From NCBI GenBank assembly GCA_964276515.1, contig OZ193909.1, positions 6,324,001 to 6,388,000 of the forward strand: a stretch of DNA of 64,000 nucleotides, given 5' to 3'. A program made the translations under genes and the position numbers. Position 1 is the stretch's first letter. Every line of letters starts with the position of its first letter. Shown here piece after piece: positions 12,229 to 25,802 of this stretch. The stretch is from Gordius albopunctatus. Lineage: Eukaryota. The notes under the pieces are model-generated. The model worked only from the letters and a program-made list of their open reading frames with translations. It was not told the DNA's origin and searched no databases.

Positions 12229-13494
12229 AAAGAGATGTCTGGCAATAATAATTATAAAGGCAGAACCTATGTGAGCAGTAGTGTACCTCAATGCATGCGC
12301 AAGCAAGTTCAAAGTTGACGCAAACAAACTTTGAAACAAAAAAACCAACGGGCTTAGTAGAAACTCAGTATAGTACTGTTCGAGATAGATATGCGGTTTA
12401 AGGGCGGGGGAGGGCATTAATGGATGATAACTAGTTCATTTAAAACCCTTTAAGCAAGATGTTTTTGCACAGATATATATGTCAGACGTTCCTATCTTGG
12501 AAGATTGAGTTCATTCGATCTGGTTGGAAGTTCGTGCTATCTTACTCCTCTGATATTTTATAAATCCATGACCCAAGGTATTTGACTTATTTAATTTGAG
12601 GTAACTTTCACATTATCGTGGGGGCATGCATAGGTTGAGAAAGGCTCTACGAGACTAGTGGTCTATGCGATTATATGTTTGATCATAATAATATTTTTTA
12701 CAGACAGTAGCGTATATAAAAGTTTACGTTTTTGTTACATATTATCTGCTTAACTATTTAAAGCATTTTATTAAGTTACATGAATAAAGTTAGCTATGTG
12801 GTTATGGACACTTTTTTTAAGGAACATTTTGAAAGCCAGAAAATACAATAATCCGGGGTTCGTATAAATGTTATTTAATTGCAAGGTGAATATGATCAGC
12901 GGCATCTGTGTATTGTGTATCACATCGTTGGTACTCTAATTCCTCGAATTGTAAGGAGAATAGGACCCTATGTTATTTCTTTAAGTCAACACTGGGGAAG
13001 CGGGCGGGGAGAAAAATTAATTCTTCAGGTTCAGCACACTTCCCCTTTATAAAATAAGTTTTGGTGCTTCTAGTTTCCCACCGTCCCGTCTTCTTGATGA
13101 GATAAGAACAATTAAAGAGTCAACTATGCGATACCCAAGTGGCGGCGGTCATATATACCTGAGAAAAAAGGTAAGGGTAAAAAATCTTTAGGTTCGTGTC
13201 AAGGTTTTTAGTTTCGCAGCCATAAAATTTTCTGGGTAGATTAAGGTTTTTATATGAAAGGTTTGGTGTTTTTGTAAAACTGTTTGCAAAATCGGCTGAA
13301 CCTATTTTGTTTTGCTATTTTCGGCGATATCCGAAGTGACGTTTTATCCGCTCCCAGGGTTACTTAGAGTTATTTGGTCATTGCAGAGGGTGTAAGGATA
13401 GTTTAGCATTTTTTAAAATTGAGTTGGTTGTATTTTGGGATCGTGTAGATTTGTGGACATTAATAATTGACCCTATTCTAGCTGTTCTACTTTA

Positions 13495-15040
13495 AATTGC
13501 TATGCAAATTCTGGGCTCATTTTTTGTTATCCTGTATTGTGTGAGTGAGTGAATGAGTGTCCTGTCCAACTTGTAATTTTTGCATAATTGCCGTGGAAAC
13601 TTATAAGGGGTTTTAATGGCTGTGAACTTATTCTTCTCTAAATGCCTTTTATTTTGCTTTCGCAAATACACTATGACCGCTGGTTGGCTTTAATTTATTG
13701 ACCTCGCCCGAGTCCAAATTCCATTATTGTTTATGGGCTCGACTGATTAGCTTTCTATATAAATTCTTTAGGTTGTTGCTATATATCGGATGCTTGCGAA
13801 ACTGGGTAAATAATTCCCGCCCAATTAATGATGACCGTTGTTTATTCTATTTTATCTGACCCCGGCCAAGGGCTAAGATTATTAATTTGGTTAATTGCAA
13901 TTTTAATGGTATCTGCTTTGTGAATTATTGTTTCTTTTTGCTATTAACCTAAATTTTCCATTGATAATATATTGTTCTTGTTAATAAGATCAAAAATATA
14001 GGCTATTTGGTAGTCTGCTGGCTCCAACGGAAAAAATGACCACTGGCCAGAGTGTTATTGGATTTTTTTTCCCGTTTTTTTAATATTTGGCCCTCATGTA
14101 TTTATACGCTTTTTGACCTGCTGACCATTAAAAAAAATGATCACTTGCCAAAGTGTATATAAATTATTTTATTATAATTATAGGCTATTTGGCCGTCTGC
14201 TGGCTACTGACCAATGTAAAAAATGACCACTGGCCAAAGTGTGATTGGAATCGAATTTTTTATTCTATTTTTGCCCTTATATAATTTTTTCCCACGTCTC
14301 GCCCCACACCACACCCCTTACAATGTTATATATATATAGTTTTACAAATTGATTTGCCCGTCCTTTTTTGCCAATAAAACGGCTATCCACTAACTCAACC
14401 CTAAATATAGTGCAAAATTTTAACCTTCATTTCACCGTCGCATCTAATATTCGCACCATAATCCATTCTTTTACACACTGGATTAGGTAAAATGTTACCA
14501 TTTCATTGTTGATTTGTTGTTTATACTACACATATGCGCTTGATTTGAATAGAGTCTATAGTCATAATTCAAATTAAGGGTTGTTTACTCAAAAATTGTT
14601 TAAATTTATAAAGTATTAAAATAATTATTTAAACTGTTTTATAGTTTAAAGGAATCTGCTTTAACTCTCAATTTAAAATTGTAAAGGTCATGGCCTCTAT
14701 TTGCGTCCCTTCGCCATAAATAATAATTTTGCTTAGTTTAGAATTTGATATAAGGCAATAAAAACCTGATTATAATAAAGAATGAATGAAAGAAAACCTA
14801 TTCCTCAAAATAAAGCATAAAAGGCAAAATGATAACTTAGTTTTTTTGCATAAAAATATTTAAAAAGCTAAATTTTTGTAATAAAACCTGCTATAAAAAC
14901 ATTTATTATTATACGAGTATTATCTGACTCTCTGCTTGACCATTGCCCCCCCCCATAGGCATCCTCGCTCCTTCTCATCTTTCTCGCTCATAAATTGCAT
15001 AGCAAATGTGCTATGTTTGTACGTAGTATAGATGAGTTTT
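13495..15040 (+). mobile_element. Helentron/DINE-1-like non-autonomous element (HINE-like)
   Basis: Starts AATTGCTATGCAAATTCTGGGCTC, with an inverted copy GCTCATAAATTGCATAGCAAAT at about 14987-15008. Shares blocks with 29585-29911, 32120-32365 and 48355-49912. Confidence 0.55.
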
Positions 15041-17769
15041 GTAAAAACAACCCCAAAACAGGCAAATGTTCCAAAACAAAAAAACGAACTCTAAGTCGGA
15101 CCCTCAGCGTCCCCTCCCCCTTCCCCCATCCCGTAAAAGACAAACCAGAGTATAAATATTAAAGGTGCTGCAGAGTCTTATAAAACAACAAAATCTAAGT
15201 GAATACCCTTAATCCAAATCCTGGCTACGCTCATGCCCTTATTCATTAATTTAAGGTGGGCAAATTCAAATCGTTAAGCAAAGAAAATACCGTAATTATT
15301 TTTTAACTTGAGCTCAATTTTCCCCCCCCCCCTTCTCCCTAATACAAAACCGGTATACGCCCATGAATAGATGAAAATATTTAGGATAAAAAATCAATGA
15401 TAATAGAGTGCTCATAATTTTTTTGGACCCTAAAACCACATTTATCTATGAATTTTGCCCGCATATGAAATAAGATTAATTTTGATCATATACTTTTTGA
15501 TATTGTGATTGTTAAATAAAAAAGTTATTGAGATAAATCTCTTTCCATGTATAAATTAAGCCAAATTAAAAAAAAATAATTGATGGAAGCTTTTAATTGT
15601 CTGTCTAAATATTATATTAATTATGGCAAGGATTAAGGTATATTATGGATTGTCTAAATAATGAATTTGCAAATAGAAGATTGATATAGCTGGATATGTC
15701 GTAATTATCGATATTAAGATCAACATATAAATAAAACATTAAATATAAACGATTGACTTTTAGTTGCAAAATACTTTTTTTGACAATCATTGATTTACTT
15801 TTCATTTTTCCCTACAAAGTAGGCTGCTTAAAACGGTGAATATATAAGGGTAGAGAAGCTTGTTGTTAAAAGTATAATTTAGTAAATAAAATTCTAATTT
15901 TAAATATATTAAAAATTCTTTAAATATTGCTAATTTCTAGATAACACTAACAAATGACATATTCTAAATGTATCTCTATAATTTGGGAACTAATTTAAAA
16001 ATCTTATACTAACGGGGGATGATAAATAGGAAACCCCTTTGCTTATGCCACTGTTTCACCATAACAGATTACATAAAAGGGTTGTTTTATAGAGTAATAG
16101 TGACTTTATTAAATGCAATACAGGTTAGGCTCTTATTAAAACTGTTTGGAATAATTTAATAAACGTAAGAGATACACCAAAAGGCTTCCATAAAAATAGT
16201 GTTTTAATTATTTTTTTTATTCAATATGATGATTTATAACAAGCACAATAACGCTAAAGTTAAAGCACCTATAGCATTGGTTGGACATTCACGCCGCGCT
16301 AAATACTATCAAGTGATGCGGAAAATCCTAAAAAAATATAAATCTCGTCTATCACGGAACTTTGAAAAATTGGGTCGAGATCGAGACGAGAATTTCGACC
16401 TCGAGATGAGACGAGATTTAATCGGCGAGATCTCGGCCAAAAACATTTTCTTAATTGATCATCATAATATAGTAATTTATATGTGCATTTTTATATTTAA
16501 AATAAAAATAAAGATAATCTAATGATAAGGATTTATTAACAGGTAGGGCCAGGGATGGGACGTAAAGAATAATAACGAAATAAATTTAAGACAAAAGAAA
16601 ATAATAGAAGTAAAACATATGGTTTTTACCAACTTGGTTTTGGCTTACAATATTAAAATATTTAATTTTAGCAATAATATAATCTATAGAAAATGATATA
16701 CAAATAAAAGTTATACTAAATTAAACTATTCTTCATTCACGTATTCACTTCACATATACGACAATTTTGTAACACATTTATGATGATAAGTGTAAATTAA
16801 TATAATTGGAATATTTTCGATATTGGGAGATTTACAGCACCAAAATAGTCGCGTATAATTCAAATATAAATTATTTTAGCTCATTTAATGAAATATGAGT
16901 GGCCCTTAAAACATGGTAATAATTTTTTAATATATTTATTCCATATTTATATTCCTAGCATTAAAATATAATACCAACACATATACTAAAATTTATGTTT
17001 GATGAAGTAGTAAATATTCCTAAAGCATTTTCAAATTTTGCAACAATTTAATCATCCTCTCCGATGATGATATTTTGAATCAGTGGTTAAAATCAAAATA
17101 ATTATGTAAATTGACCTACAACAGCTAAAGAATTTTGGAGAACCCATACGACGGTCGAGTTATTTAGGTCTATACGTTTTGACGTTTAATAAAATGTCAA
17201 TCAAACGCTACCTCATGACGTACTGCGTATCTATCGTGTAGGTAGTGTGATAAATGCAGTAGGCATGTGTTGCGGAAAATGGAAACTTTTTACGCGCTTT
17301 GAAACATTAAATATCAAAGTCATTTTTTTGCTTATTTTTCACGTCATTTATTATTATTATAGAACGGTCGTGTCCCCTCCTGCGTGGCTAAATAAATTAA
17401 ATAATCTAATTTTGTCATTTTTTGCGCGTTAAATAAGGAGAAAAATGAAAATACTTTTAACAAAGTGCCAATAAATGTTAATATATCTCAGTTCTTCGGA
17501 CGTTATTAAGTTCAGAATTAAAGGTTTTATTAAGAAACAAATAATTATAATTATGATATTGTTTCTTAATTACAAAAAATTAAAAAAAATTGTTGAAGGA
17601 CCAGGGGGCCAAAGATTTTTCTCTTGGGGGGGCATGGGGCCAGGTTTTCTCTCTTGGGTGGGCCTGGGCCTTGGACCCTCTTTAACTATTTATTTAAAAA
17701 TTTTTGCATAATAAACACTTATCAATTATATTTGATATATTCTTAATCTATTGAAATTTATCTATAAGA

Positions 17770-17832
17770 TGATATATATTCTGCTAATACACCCGGGTAA
17801 ATGGCAAAACAACATTTGCCGGGTTCATCTAG
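17770..17832 (+). mobile_element. Helitron 3' terminus
   Basis: Hairpin GGCAAA-acaaca-TTTGCC followed by CTAG then T. A related motif occurs at about 24919-24945. Confidence 0.55.
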
Positions 17833-17985
17833 TAATTTAATAAAAATCTTATGGGTCCCATTTTATTTATTATAAAATACACAAACTTAATACAGATTTA
17901 GTGCGACATCTAATTTACCATGCTAATAATTAATACATGGACGTTAATGATTAGTTGTATAGCGCCAAACTTAAAATAAATTTAT

Positions 17986-20861
17986 GGTTCCTAGGCTAAA
18001 TCCTGAAAGCGCATAATCCCGAATTTTAATGCTACACTATCATATGATCAAGCTTTTAAAGAGAGCAAAACAAGATAATAATAAAAATATAAGTAAGCTT
18101 ATGGCAAAGCTAAGAAATTGGGCCTTGCTGAATAATACATTAAAGACAAAATTAAATATGCAATACACCATATCTCAGGAAAAAAGATGTGGATGTAGTT
18201 TATAACAAATATATGACTTCCTCAGAACATCTCAATAATGCCGATTTGAAAAGATTTTTAAGTTATATTAAAAATGTTTATATAATTTATGTCAAAAATA
18301 TGAAGCTCCTCGTATGATTATTAATAACTATTTGGAACGATTCCATAATGCCATGAATGAGTAAAGCAGTCATATCCAAATATATATAGTTTTTACAAAC
18401 TTTAAAAAAACACCAGAGAAATATTGAAACAAAAATTATACAAATTTACAATGGCAATATTTTATATCAAGTTCAAAGAAAGTTGGAAGCTAAAGCCCAA
18501 AGAATTAGGTGTTTAAAATTACATAGAATAAATTATATAGATTGTTGTGAATTTAGTCTAATTGTAAATCAATAAACCTAATTAAGACTGTATTAATATG
18601 TATTAAAAAATTTATAAGATTATATTTATATTTACTAGTAATAATTTTAAACATTAGTGATCATTAATTAGAGCCCTCTTAAAAAATTCGAGATAGATAC
18701 TACTTTGAATATATTATTGAATAAAATGTCTTGTAAAATATTAAGATAAATTAACATAGAGTGTAACGTTCTTGGTGATTGTTACTTAGTTTTATTCAAA
18801 CGCCGATATTATATAACTTACAAGACTGTCTTATGTTGCGTACACATTGCGTTTATATATTAGATAAAATACATAATCATTTTTATTTGAAAAATCGATA
18901 ATATTCTTGGAAGATTTAATTAATCGATGCACTTCCATGAAGGATGATTATTATTCTGGGAAGACTTAAATATCTCTATGATCTTCTGAGAAGATCATAA
19001 TAAATCGATATGTTCCAAGGAAGATCTGTCAATCGACGTCATAGCGTGCGATCTTCTAGGAAAAGAAATGATGTCACTACAGATACTCTCTTCTCAGATA
19101 CATTGATAATGTATCGATAACAAAGAAAAGAAATGATGTATTTGCATTTTTGATCGATGCAGTAACTCCTATTGCTGTAAAAAGTGTTCACCTAGCATTT
19201 GTAGATTGGTCACTCCGTTAAATGTGATGGCGTGTGTCGTGTTTGCATAATTGGCAAATAAAATCAGCTGTTGCCATTAGTCGTGAATTTTATTTTATTT
19301 GGATGCATCCTAGCTCCGGAATCGATTAGAGGTTCACGATTTGTGTTAATGGAGTGTTAATATGTTCGCCAACCAGGTGAGATAAAATCGTAAGTTGGTT
19401 AGGTTAAAGGTGTGGACGTTTTTTTAGTACGACAGCAAAGTGCAATCGAGTAAAAAGTCCATGTGCGCTGCTTTCAGTTGCGCTGAAAAAATGATTTATT
19501 AGGCCTGGTAAAATTGTTGAAGTTGCCATTGTTTGCAGGTAACTCAATTTGGTGGTGATTAATTTGTAAAATGTTGCAAAATAAAATATCGCTTTTGTTT
19601 ACGAACCAACTGATAAAAGTGTGTCAGTGTTGTATGTTGTAGGGAAGCTCGTCTGTCGAAAAGTTACATTGTATACTGTCATGCAAGTAGATGTAATGGT
19701 TGTTTTTCGGTGGCGAAATGCCTATGACGATAACCCAGATTGTTTGACATCAGTAATTGATTCGGTGGTAGTAGTAGCGATGCATTGCAAATCACCCAAT
19801 TTTTCTATATCTCTTCGGCCACATCCGGGGAGAGGGATACCAATAAATACGCATAATTTACTTTTTGGGATTTTATCCTTCTTGTTGTAAAAAGAGCGTC
19901 TATTTGGGATATCCATATTTGAATATTCCTCGAGTGGAATTCAGGAAGGTTTATGTATACAGATGATTCCTGTTTTACAGATTCCACAGGTGGGATGTTG
20001 TTGTCCGAAATGGATGGGTCGGTGGTGAGAGATAGCAAGTCTTGTGTTTCCATTTAATTGCCAGGTATGTCCTAATTGTCCTGAATAAGTTCCTTGGTGG
20101 CGTTGATAATTCCACTTGTTGTACGGCATAGTTGTGTGAATAGGGATTTTAACGAATATTTTGTGACGTTTTATATGCAATCCCTTAAGTGCCGAAAATA
20201 TTAACAAAAGGTAGTGCTCGAGGGGGTGGGTTGGTGGAAATTTAAAAAGTTTTGGCCTCCCCCCTAAGGGGTCACCAATTGTAACGATGTTTGGACTTTT
20301 TGTTGCCATGTTTTGTGTTAGTTTTTCCACTACAAGAGCAATATAATTAAGACTGCATTAATATATTTGTAGATAGTAAAAAATTTAATATATGCAATAA
20401 GACTAAATTTATATTTGCTTGTAATTAAACATTATTGTTTATTAATTGCATCCCTCTTAAAAAATTTGAGATAGATACATAACTGTATACATAAAAATAT
20501 AATCTTTATCTACTGAAAAATTTCAAATACTAAATGGTTTATTGTATAAATTTTAACAAATTAAATATAATTCATACATAAGTAAATTTTGAAGGTTGCA
20601 CATAAATCTAGCTCTTGAATCAATGCATTTATTAAATGGCTTATTGTATAAATTTTAACAAATTAAATATGATTCATACATAGGTAAATTTTGAAGGTTG
20701 CGCATAAATCTAGCTCTTGAATCAATGAATTGAAAGTACATAATATTAGTGGGGAAGTGATAAAACTTTAAAACTAAAAAACATATGGAAATTTGAAAAT
20801 TGTAGCAATAGCATTATCGTAGCTTCGGGATTTTGCTTTTTCGGGATTTAGCCTATATCCC
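17986..20861 (+). mobile_element. Degenerate MULE/Mutator-like element, host of the LTR insertion
   Basis: Imperfect TIRs GGTTCCTAGGCTAAATCCTGAAAG / TTCGGGATTTAGCCTATATCCC. Flanks AAATTTAT / ATATTTAT (7/8). Frameshifted PNIY-FLQTLKK motif at about 18370-18420 resembles the MULE transposase C-terminal region. Confidence 0.6.
18762..20334 (-). mobile_element. Internally deleted Gypsy-like LTR retrotransposon with gag remnant
   Basis: 4-bp TSD AGAG on both sides. TGTAG...TTACA termini. PBS TGGTGACCCC just inside the 5' terminal segment. PPT AGAAGAGAG before the 3' LTR (19081-18762). Gag-like LPEFHSRNIQIWISQIDALFTTRRIKSQKVNYAYLLVSLSPDVAEEI at 19805-20053. Confidence 0.85.
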
Positions 20862-21029
20862 ATATTTATTGCTAAGTAATAAAAAATCCCTTTCAAGTTA
20901 ACTCAGAAACGGCCAGCTGGGAAATCGTTAACAGGAGTTAACGATCGTTAACCCTTTTTATCTGACCAATCAGATCGCTGCGCATTTATCAGATTTTTAA
21001 TAATGCGCATGCGTAGGCATTTAACAATT

Positions 21030-22110
21030 TTTGTTGCACTATAAAACTATAATTCTTTAAATATCAAAAATTATCCCAATATCAAAGGTTATTAAATATT
21101 ACAAATTATCCTAATATCAAAGGGAATTAAATATAAAAAATTATTCCAATATCAGAGGTTATTTCTACTATTTGGTAATTTTTCAAATACATTATCTAAG
21201 ATATGTTTGTAAATCTGTATCACTTGTTATAATAACAGCTTGAATAAAATTATTTGCCAAAATGTGTATTGTATTATGATTATATAAGTATTTAAGTTTA
21301 AGATTTGTAATACTTACAAAAAGTTAATGTCATGTTCATATAGATTTTCAGGGTTAGATATAGATACTGTTATTTTTAAATTTGCCAAAATGTATATATT
21401 ATTTATAGGATTATATAAGTATTTAAGATTTGTAATATGTACCATAATATTGTCATGTCTATTAATATTTTTAGGGTTAGAAACTGTTATTTTTAAATTT
21501 GCCAAAATGTATATATTATTTATAGGATTATATAAGTATTTAAGTTTGAGATTTATAATATTTACCAAAATATTGTCATGTTTATTAATATTTTTAGGGT
21601 TAGAAATTGTTATTTTTAAGTTTGTCAAAATGTATATAATATTTATAGGATTATATAAGTGTTTAAGTTTAAGATTCGCAATACTTAAAATAATGATAAA
21701 CAATTTTTGCTGCACTTTAAAACTATAATTCTTTAAATATCAAAAATTATCCCAATATCAAAGATTATTTCTACTATTTGGTAATTTTCAAATACATTAT
21801 TCTAGGATATGTTTGTAACTCTGTATCACATATTATAACAACAACCAAAATAAAATTATTTTCCAAAATGTGTATTGTATTAAGATTATATAAATATTTA
21901 AATTTAAGATTTGTAATACTTACCAAAAGTTAATGTCATGTTTTTATAAATTTTCAGGGTTAGATACTGTTATTTTTAAATTTGGCAAAATGTATATAAT
22001 ATTTATAGGATTATATAAGTATTTAGGTTTAATATTTGTAATACATACCAAAATTTTATTGTCATGTTAAGATAGATTTTTAGGGTTATAAATTGTTATT
22101 TTTTAAAATA
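21030..22110. repeat. AT-rich minisatellite (117-123-bp unit) within a larger direct duplication (offset about 675 bp)
   Basis: A(C/T)TGTTATTTTTAA(A/G)TTTG(C/T)CAAAATGTATAT recurs at 21366, 21483, 21606 and about 21966. The block TGCACT.TAAAACTATAATTCTTTAAATATC occurs at 21036 and 21711. Confidence 0.85.
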
Positions 22111-22736
22111 TATATTAAAATAGTTGTTTTAAATAAAACTAACTCCCTATTTGATAATTAAGTTGTGTATTCTTTGACCAAGATATCAGAGTTTAACCCA
22201 TTACGGTTTTTTGGTTATCAATCCATACCTTAGATGCAACACTAAATGTTTTCCATATAATTAACTCCATAATTTATGTTATTTAGATGGTGGATCTCTT
22301 ACCCAAGGTTTTAGACTAAGTCTATAATGGCTTCTATTTTAAGCTTTAAATTTAAAAAAAAAACGATAAATTCCTATTAAGTTTCTATTCATAAGGTAGA
22401 GATAACGTTAAATGCACTGCGAAAAATTTAATAATGAAAGAGTAAGGCAGTTATACTTCTTTTTTAATATACATGGTGTGTACAAAGTTAAATGTAAGAA
22501 TTAAGGAATAAAAATAACTTGCGGGTTTATTAACATCACTTCAACGTTTGAACTCACTTTAAAAGCTATCATATTATACAATTTACAGTCTAATATCCAA
22601 TTTTTTATTATTATTAGATTAATATATATTGTGCCACTTTTACATATAAAGAAAAATACAATATTATCCATTTATACTCCAATATAAAATAATCTATTAT
22701 GTTCTTGTATCTTCTTTAAGTAGTTCTTATAAGTTA

Positions 22737-24060
22737 CTAGCTGTGCCCGGCCAAGCGTTGCTTTGGCTCAGTCCATGAACCTATTAATAAGACTTATGTA
22801 AAATGGGGTCATATATGAAATAATTTACCGGCAAGTTAGCGGGGAAGGCCAGGAGGTAAAACTTGGCCTAGGCTAGGGGCAGTTTTTCCCGGAGGGCCGT
22901 TTGAGTGGAAGCTAGGTAAAAAGATTTTAGTGGATTGGAGAGATAAATACTGGTGGTATTTTCCAATACGGGACTATGCGAATATGCATATCGATGTAGC
23001 AAAAAATATAACACGACTGGGCTTTATTGATTGTCATTGCGAATGCTAGGTGTACAGGAAACTGTACGCGCTTGAATTCAAAGGGATCATCGGGATGCGT
23101 GGGATCATCACGTCCTCGCCTTTATACGTTCCGCTGATTATAGTAGCCGCAATAACATTTGGACGCAGTTGTTTTACGACATGTCTGGTGCCATTACACA
23201 ACCTCGGGGGATGTAAGTTACGCAGGAGTATTATAGGGCAACCAGGTTTCAAGGTTAATTTATGTGGTGGGAGACCCGAAGGTATTAAATAATTCAAAAA
23301 TTTAAGTGGATAATTTACAGTTTGATCAGTTTCTATAACCGTATCAATAGAGCTGTAAGTAAAAGGATCACCTGGAATGTGCACTTGAATACGATCATTC
23401 ATACGTGTGACGACTGCATTTGTTGGCGCTAATATAGCGCGGTCCCGGAGCCAGCTGTGATCGGTGTAGTGCGTTGCAATGTCAGGGAACACCATAGTTT
23501 CAACAGCCTCAGGAGATGGCACTTGGTGACAAAAGGTTGTTGGAAAGGCGCTTTCCTTTGGAGACGGGTAAATGGAAAGGTACCGTTCCCCAAAGCTAGT
23601 AATTGTTGTGCAAAAAAAGACGTATCCGGGAGTAAATGCACGCGCATGTCGTAGTAAGCGTGAGGATCGTAAACTTCCACCAAAGATATGACGCCTTCAG
23701 GCAGGCATCCAGCTCATCAGCCGGTGTTGCTCTTGGGATAACAGGTAATGTTTGTCGAAGATCACCGGCTAACAACAATAAAGGCCCCCCCTAGGGAAGT
23801 CAATTTTCCGCAAATCTCTGAGAGTACGATCTAGTGCCTCGAGCGCTTTTTTATGCGCCATCTTACATTCATCCCAAATTATGATTGAGCATGTCTTTAG
23901 GACTGTCCCAATTCCCGAGTTCCGACGGATATTACATGTAAGGTTTTCAATCTGATGCAGATTTAAGGGGAGCTGGAAAGTAGAATGCGCCGTGTGGTCT
24001 CCATCGAGTAACGTCGCCGCTATACCCGATGATGCCATTTTGTGTACGACGGTCGCCGGA
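22737..24060 (-). mobile_element. Helitron 3' portion with frameshifted PIF1-type helicase
   Basis: Motifs MASSGIAATLL, TAHSTF, IIWDE, LLAGDLRQTLPV, RAILAPTN, GLPPHKLTLKPGCPIILLRNL, LCNGTR, IPRIPM, AMTINKAQ spread over shifting frames. 3' hairpin GCCAAAGCAACGCTTGGC and terminal CTAG followed by T at 22737. Confidence 0.92.
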
Positions 24061-24480
24061 GTGAAGTAGACGCGCTGGCCATTTTCTAAATGATTAGCAT
24101 TTGGGGGGGGGGTGTGCTTAAAACAAAATAGTATTAACCTAGATACCTGACTTTAGACTTAGAACCATTGTAACGACAAAATTAGTTAAGTAATTTATTA
24201 AACTAAGCTACCATAGAAATGTTTATATTCAAATGGGTGTCTCACCGTTGTATTACATGTCAAAGCTTCCACAAAATGGCAATAACATGTAGATGAGATG
24301 GCGAATGTCAGTAAGAAATGAAGGTCGATTCGATATAAGCATGTTTCTACTTCTCATTATGGTGAAAGGAAACAAAAAACTTTAAAATAAATGTGTAACG
24401 ATATACATTTAGAACCCTACTAAAAATAATGATGCTTACTTAAGTAACAACACAGCATAATTTCTTTAATTCTTGCCCTT

Positions 24481-25166
24481 TTTGTTGCCAGTTTTATCAG
24501 TTGTGTTTTTAAAAAAATTTTTGGTAGTTTTAATTTTCTTATTTAAATTTTTTACTTTTTAAAAAAAATATTTTTAAAGTTTTTTATAGTATGTACAGAT
24601 GGCGCGAAAGCTAAAATTTATCCACGGTAATTCTGTCTTCATTTTTCCATATATAACAAAGTGATGCGAATGATAAAAAAGGTATTATTTAAGAGTGGTT
24701 AAGAAAATATAACCCGTAGACTAACAACCCCCCAGGAAACAATAAATAAAAAATTTTCTTTGCCCTGCATTCCCGACAAACTCCTTACCTACAATTCGTT
24801 ATTTACGTTTACTTTCCATTGATTGTAAAAATAACACTACAATTTAGATAAAACTTCTGCAAAAAATATCCCCACACACTTATATTAAGTTAGCTAATTT
24901 GTCAGACATAATGTATATGACAAAACAACATTTGCCGGGATACTAAAAATAGTAGGTTCATAAAATCCATGACGTGATAAAATTCGTGCCCCATTTCAAT
25001 ATATAAAATGTCAGAATTACGGTGGATAAATTTTAGCTTTAGCGCCATCTGTACATACCATAAAAAATTTCAAAAATATTTTTAAAAAAAGTAAAAAATT
25101 TAAATAAGAAAATTTAAAACTACCAAATTTTTTTTTAAAACTCAACTAATAAAACTGGCAACAAAA
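24481..25166. repeat. Inverted repeat, arms about 155 bp, spacer about 375 bp
   Basis: 24481-24635 is the reverse complement of 25012-25166 with scattered mismatches. Confidence 0.85.
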
Positions 25167-25580
25167 TTAATGAGCTGCCATTATTATCACATGGCCATAG
25201 AAGCATATACTTTATTTGGGGCCACGACCTTGAAAAAGTTATGTAATAACAATGTACATTATAAGAACGTATTATATAAAAAAATACAAATGTCACACGT
25301 ATGGGGGCGATGTGGAATCAAATAAGTCAGACAAATTATCATAAGTAAATTGGTTTGTCTTATTATATATACACTAAAAATAGTGGGGTCATAAAATCCA
25401 TGAAGTGATAAAATTCGTGCCCCATTTCAATATATAAAATGTATAAGTCTAATATTTATTTTTAATAATATTAAGTTAATCCTATAAATAAATAATACAT
25501 ATTTCTACTTATATTCTAACTTTCCTGACGTCATTATTGTATATGATGCTATAAATTAAACTGGCCGGGAAATGTGCGAT

Positions 25581-25800
25581 AAGCTATTTTACCCCTGGCC
25601 GCCCTGGGCATCTACGGCTAAATTTTCGCGCGAATTTGGCCTGTAGTTTTAGAATTAAGCCATTTTTTAAAACTAAAAGGCCCATATTTTTAAATTAAAA
25701 GGAATTTTAGGATTCTGAAAAAGCTATTTTACCCCTGGCCGTCTTGGGCATCTACGGTTAAATTTTCGCGCGAATCGGGCCGGTAGTTTCAGAGATAAGC
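25581..25800. repeat. Direct repeat of about 80 bp, offset 140 bp
   Basis: AAGCTATTTTACCCCTGGCCG..TGGGCATCTACGG.TAAATTTTCGCGCGAAT at 25581 and 25721. Confidence 0.8.
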
Positions 25801-25802
25801 CC

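Noticed and set aside
16226..17711. Short ORFs as genes
   Set aside because: They are AT-rich chance ORFs overlapping degenerate repeat ends (CGAGA repeats at 16340-16440), with no domains or consistent splice structure.
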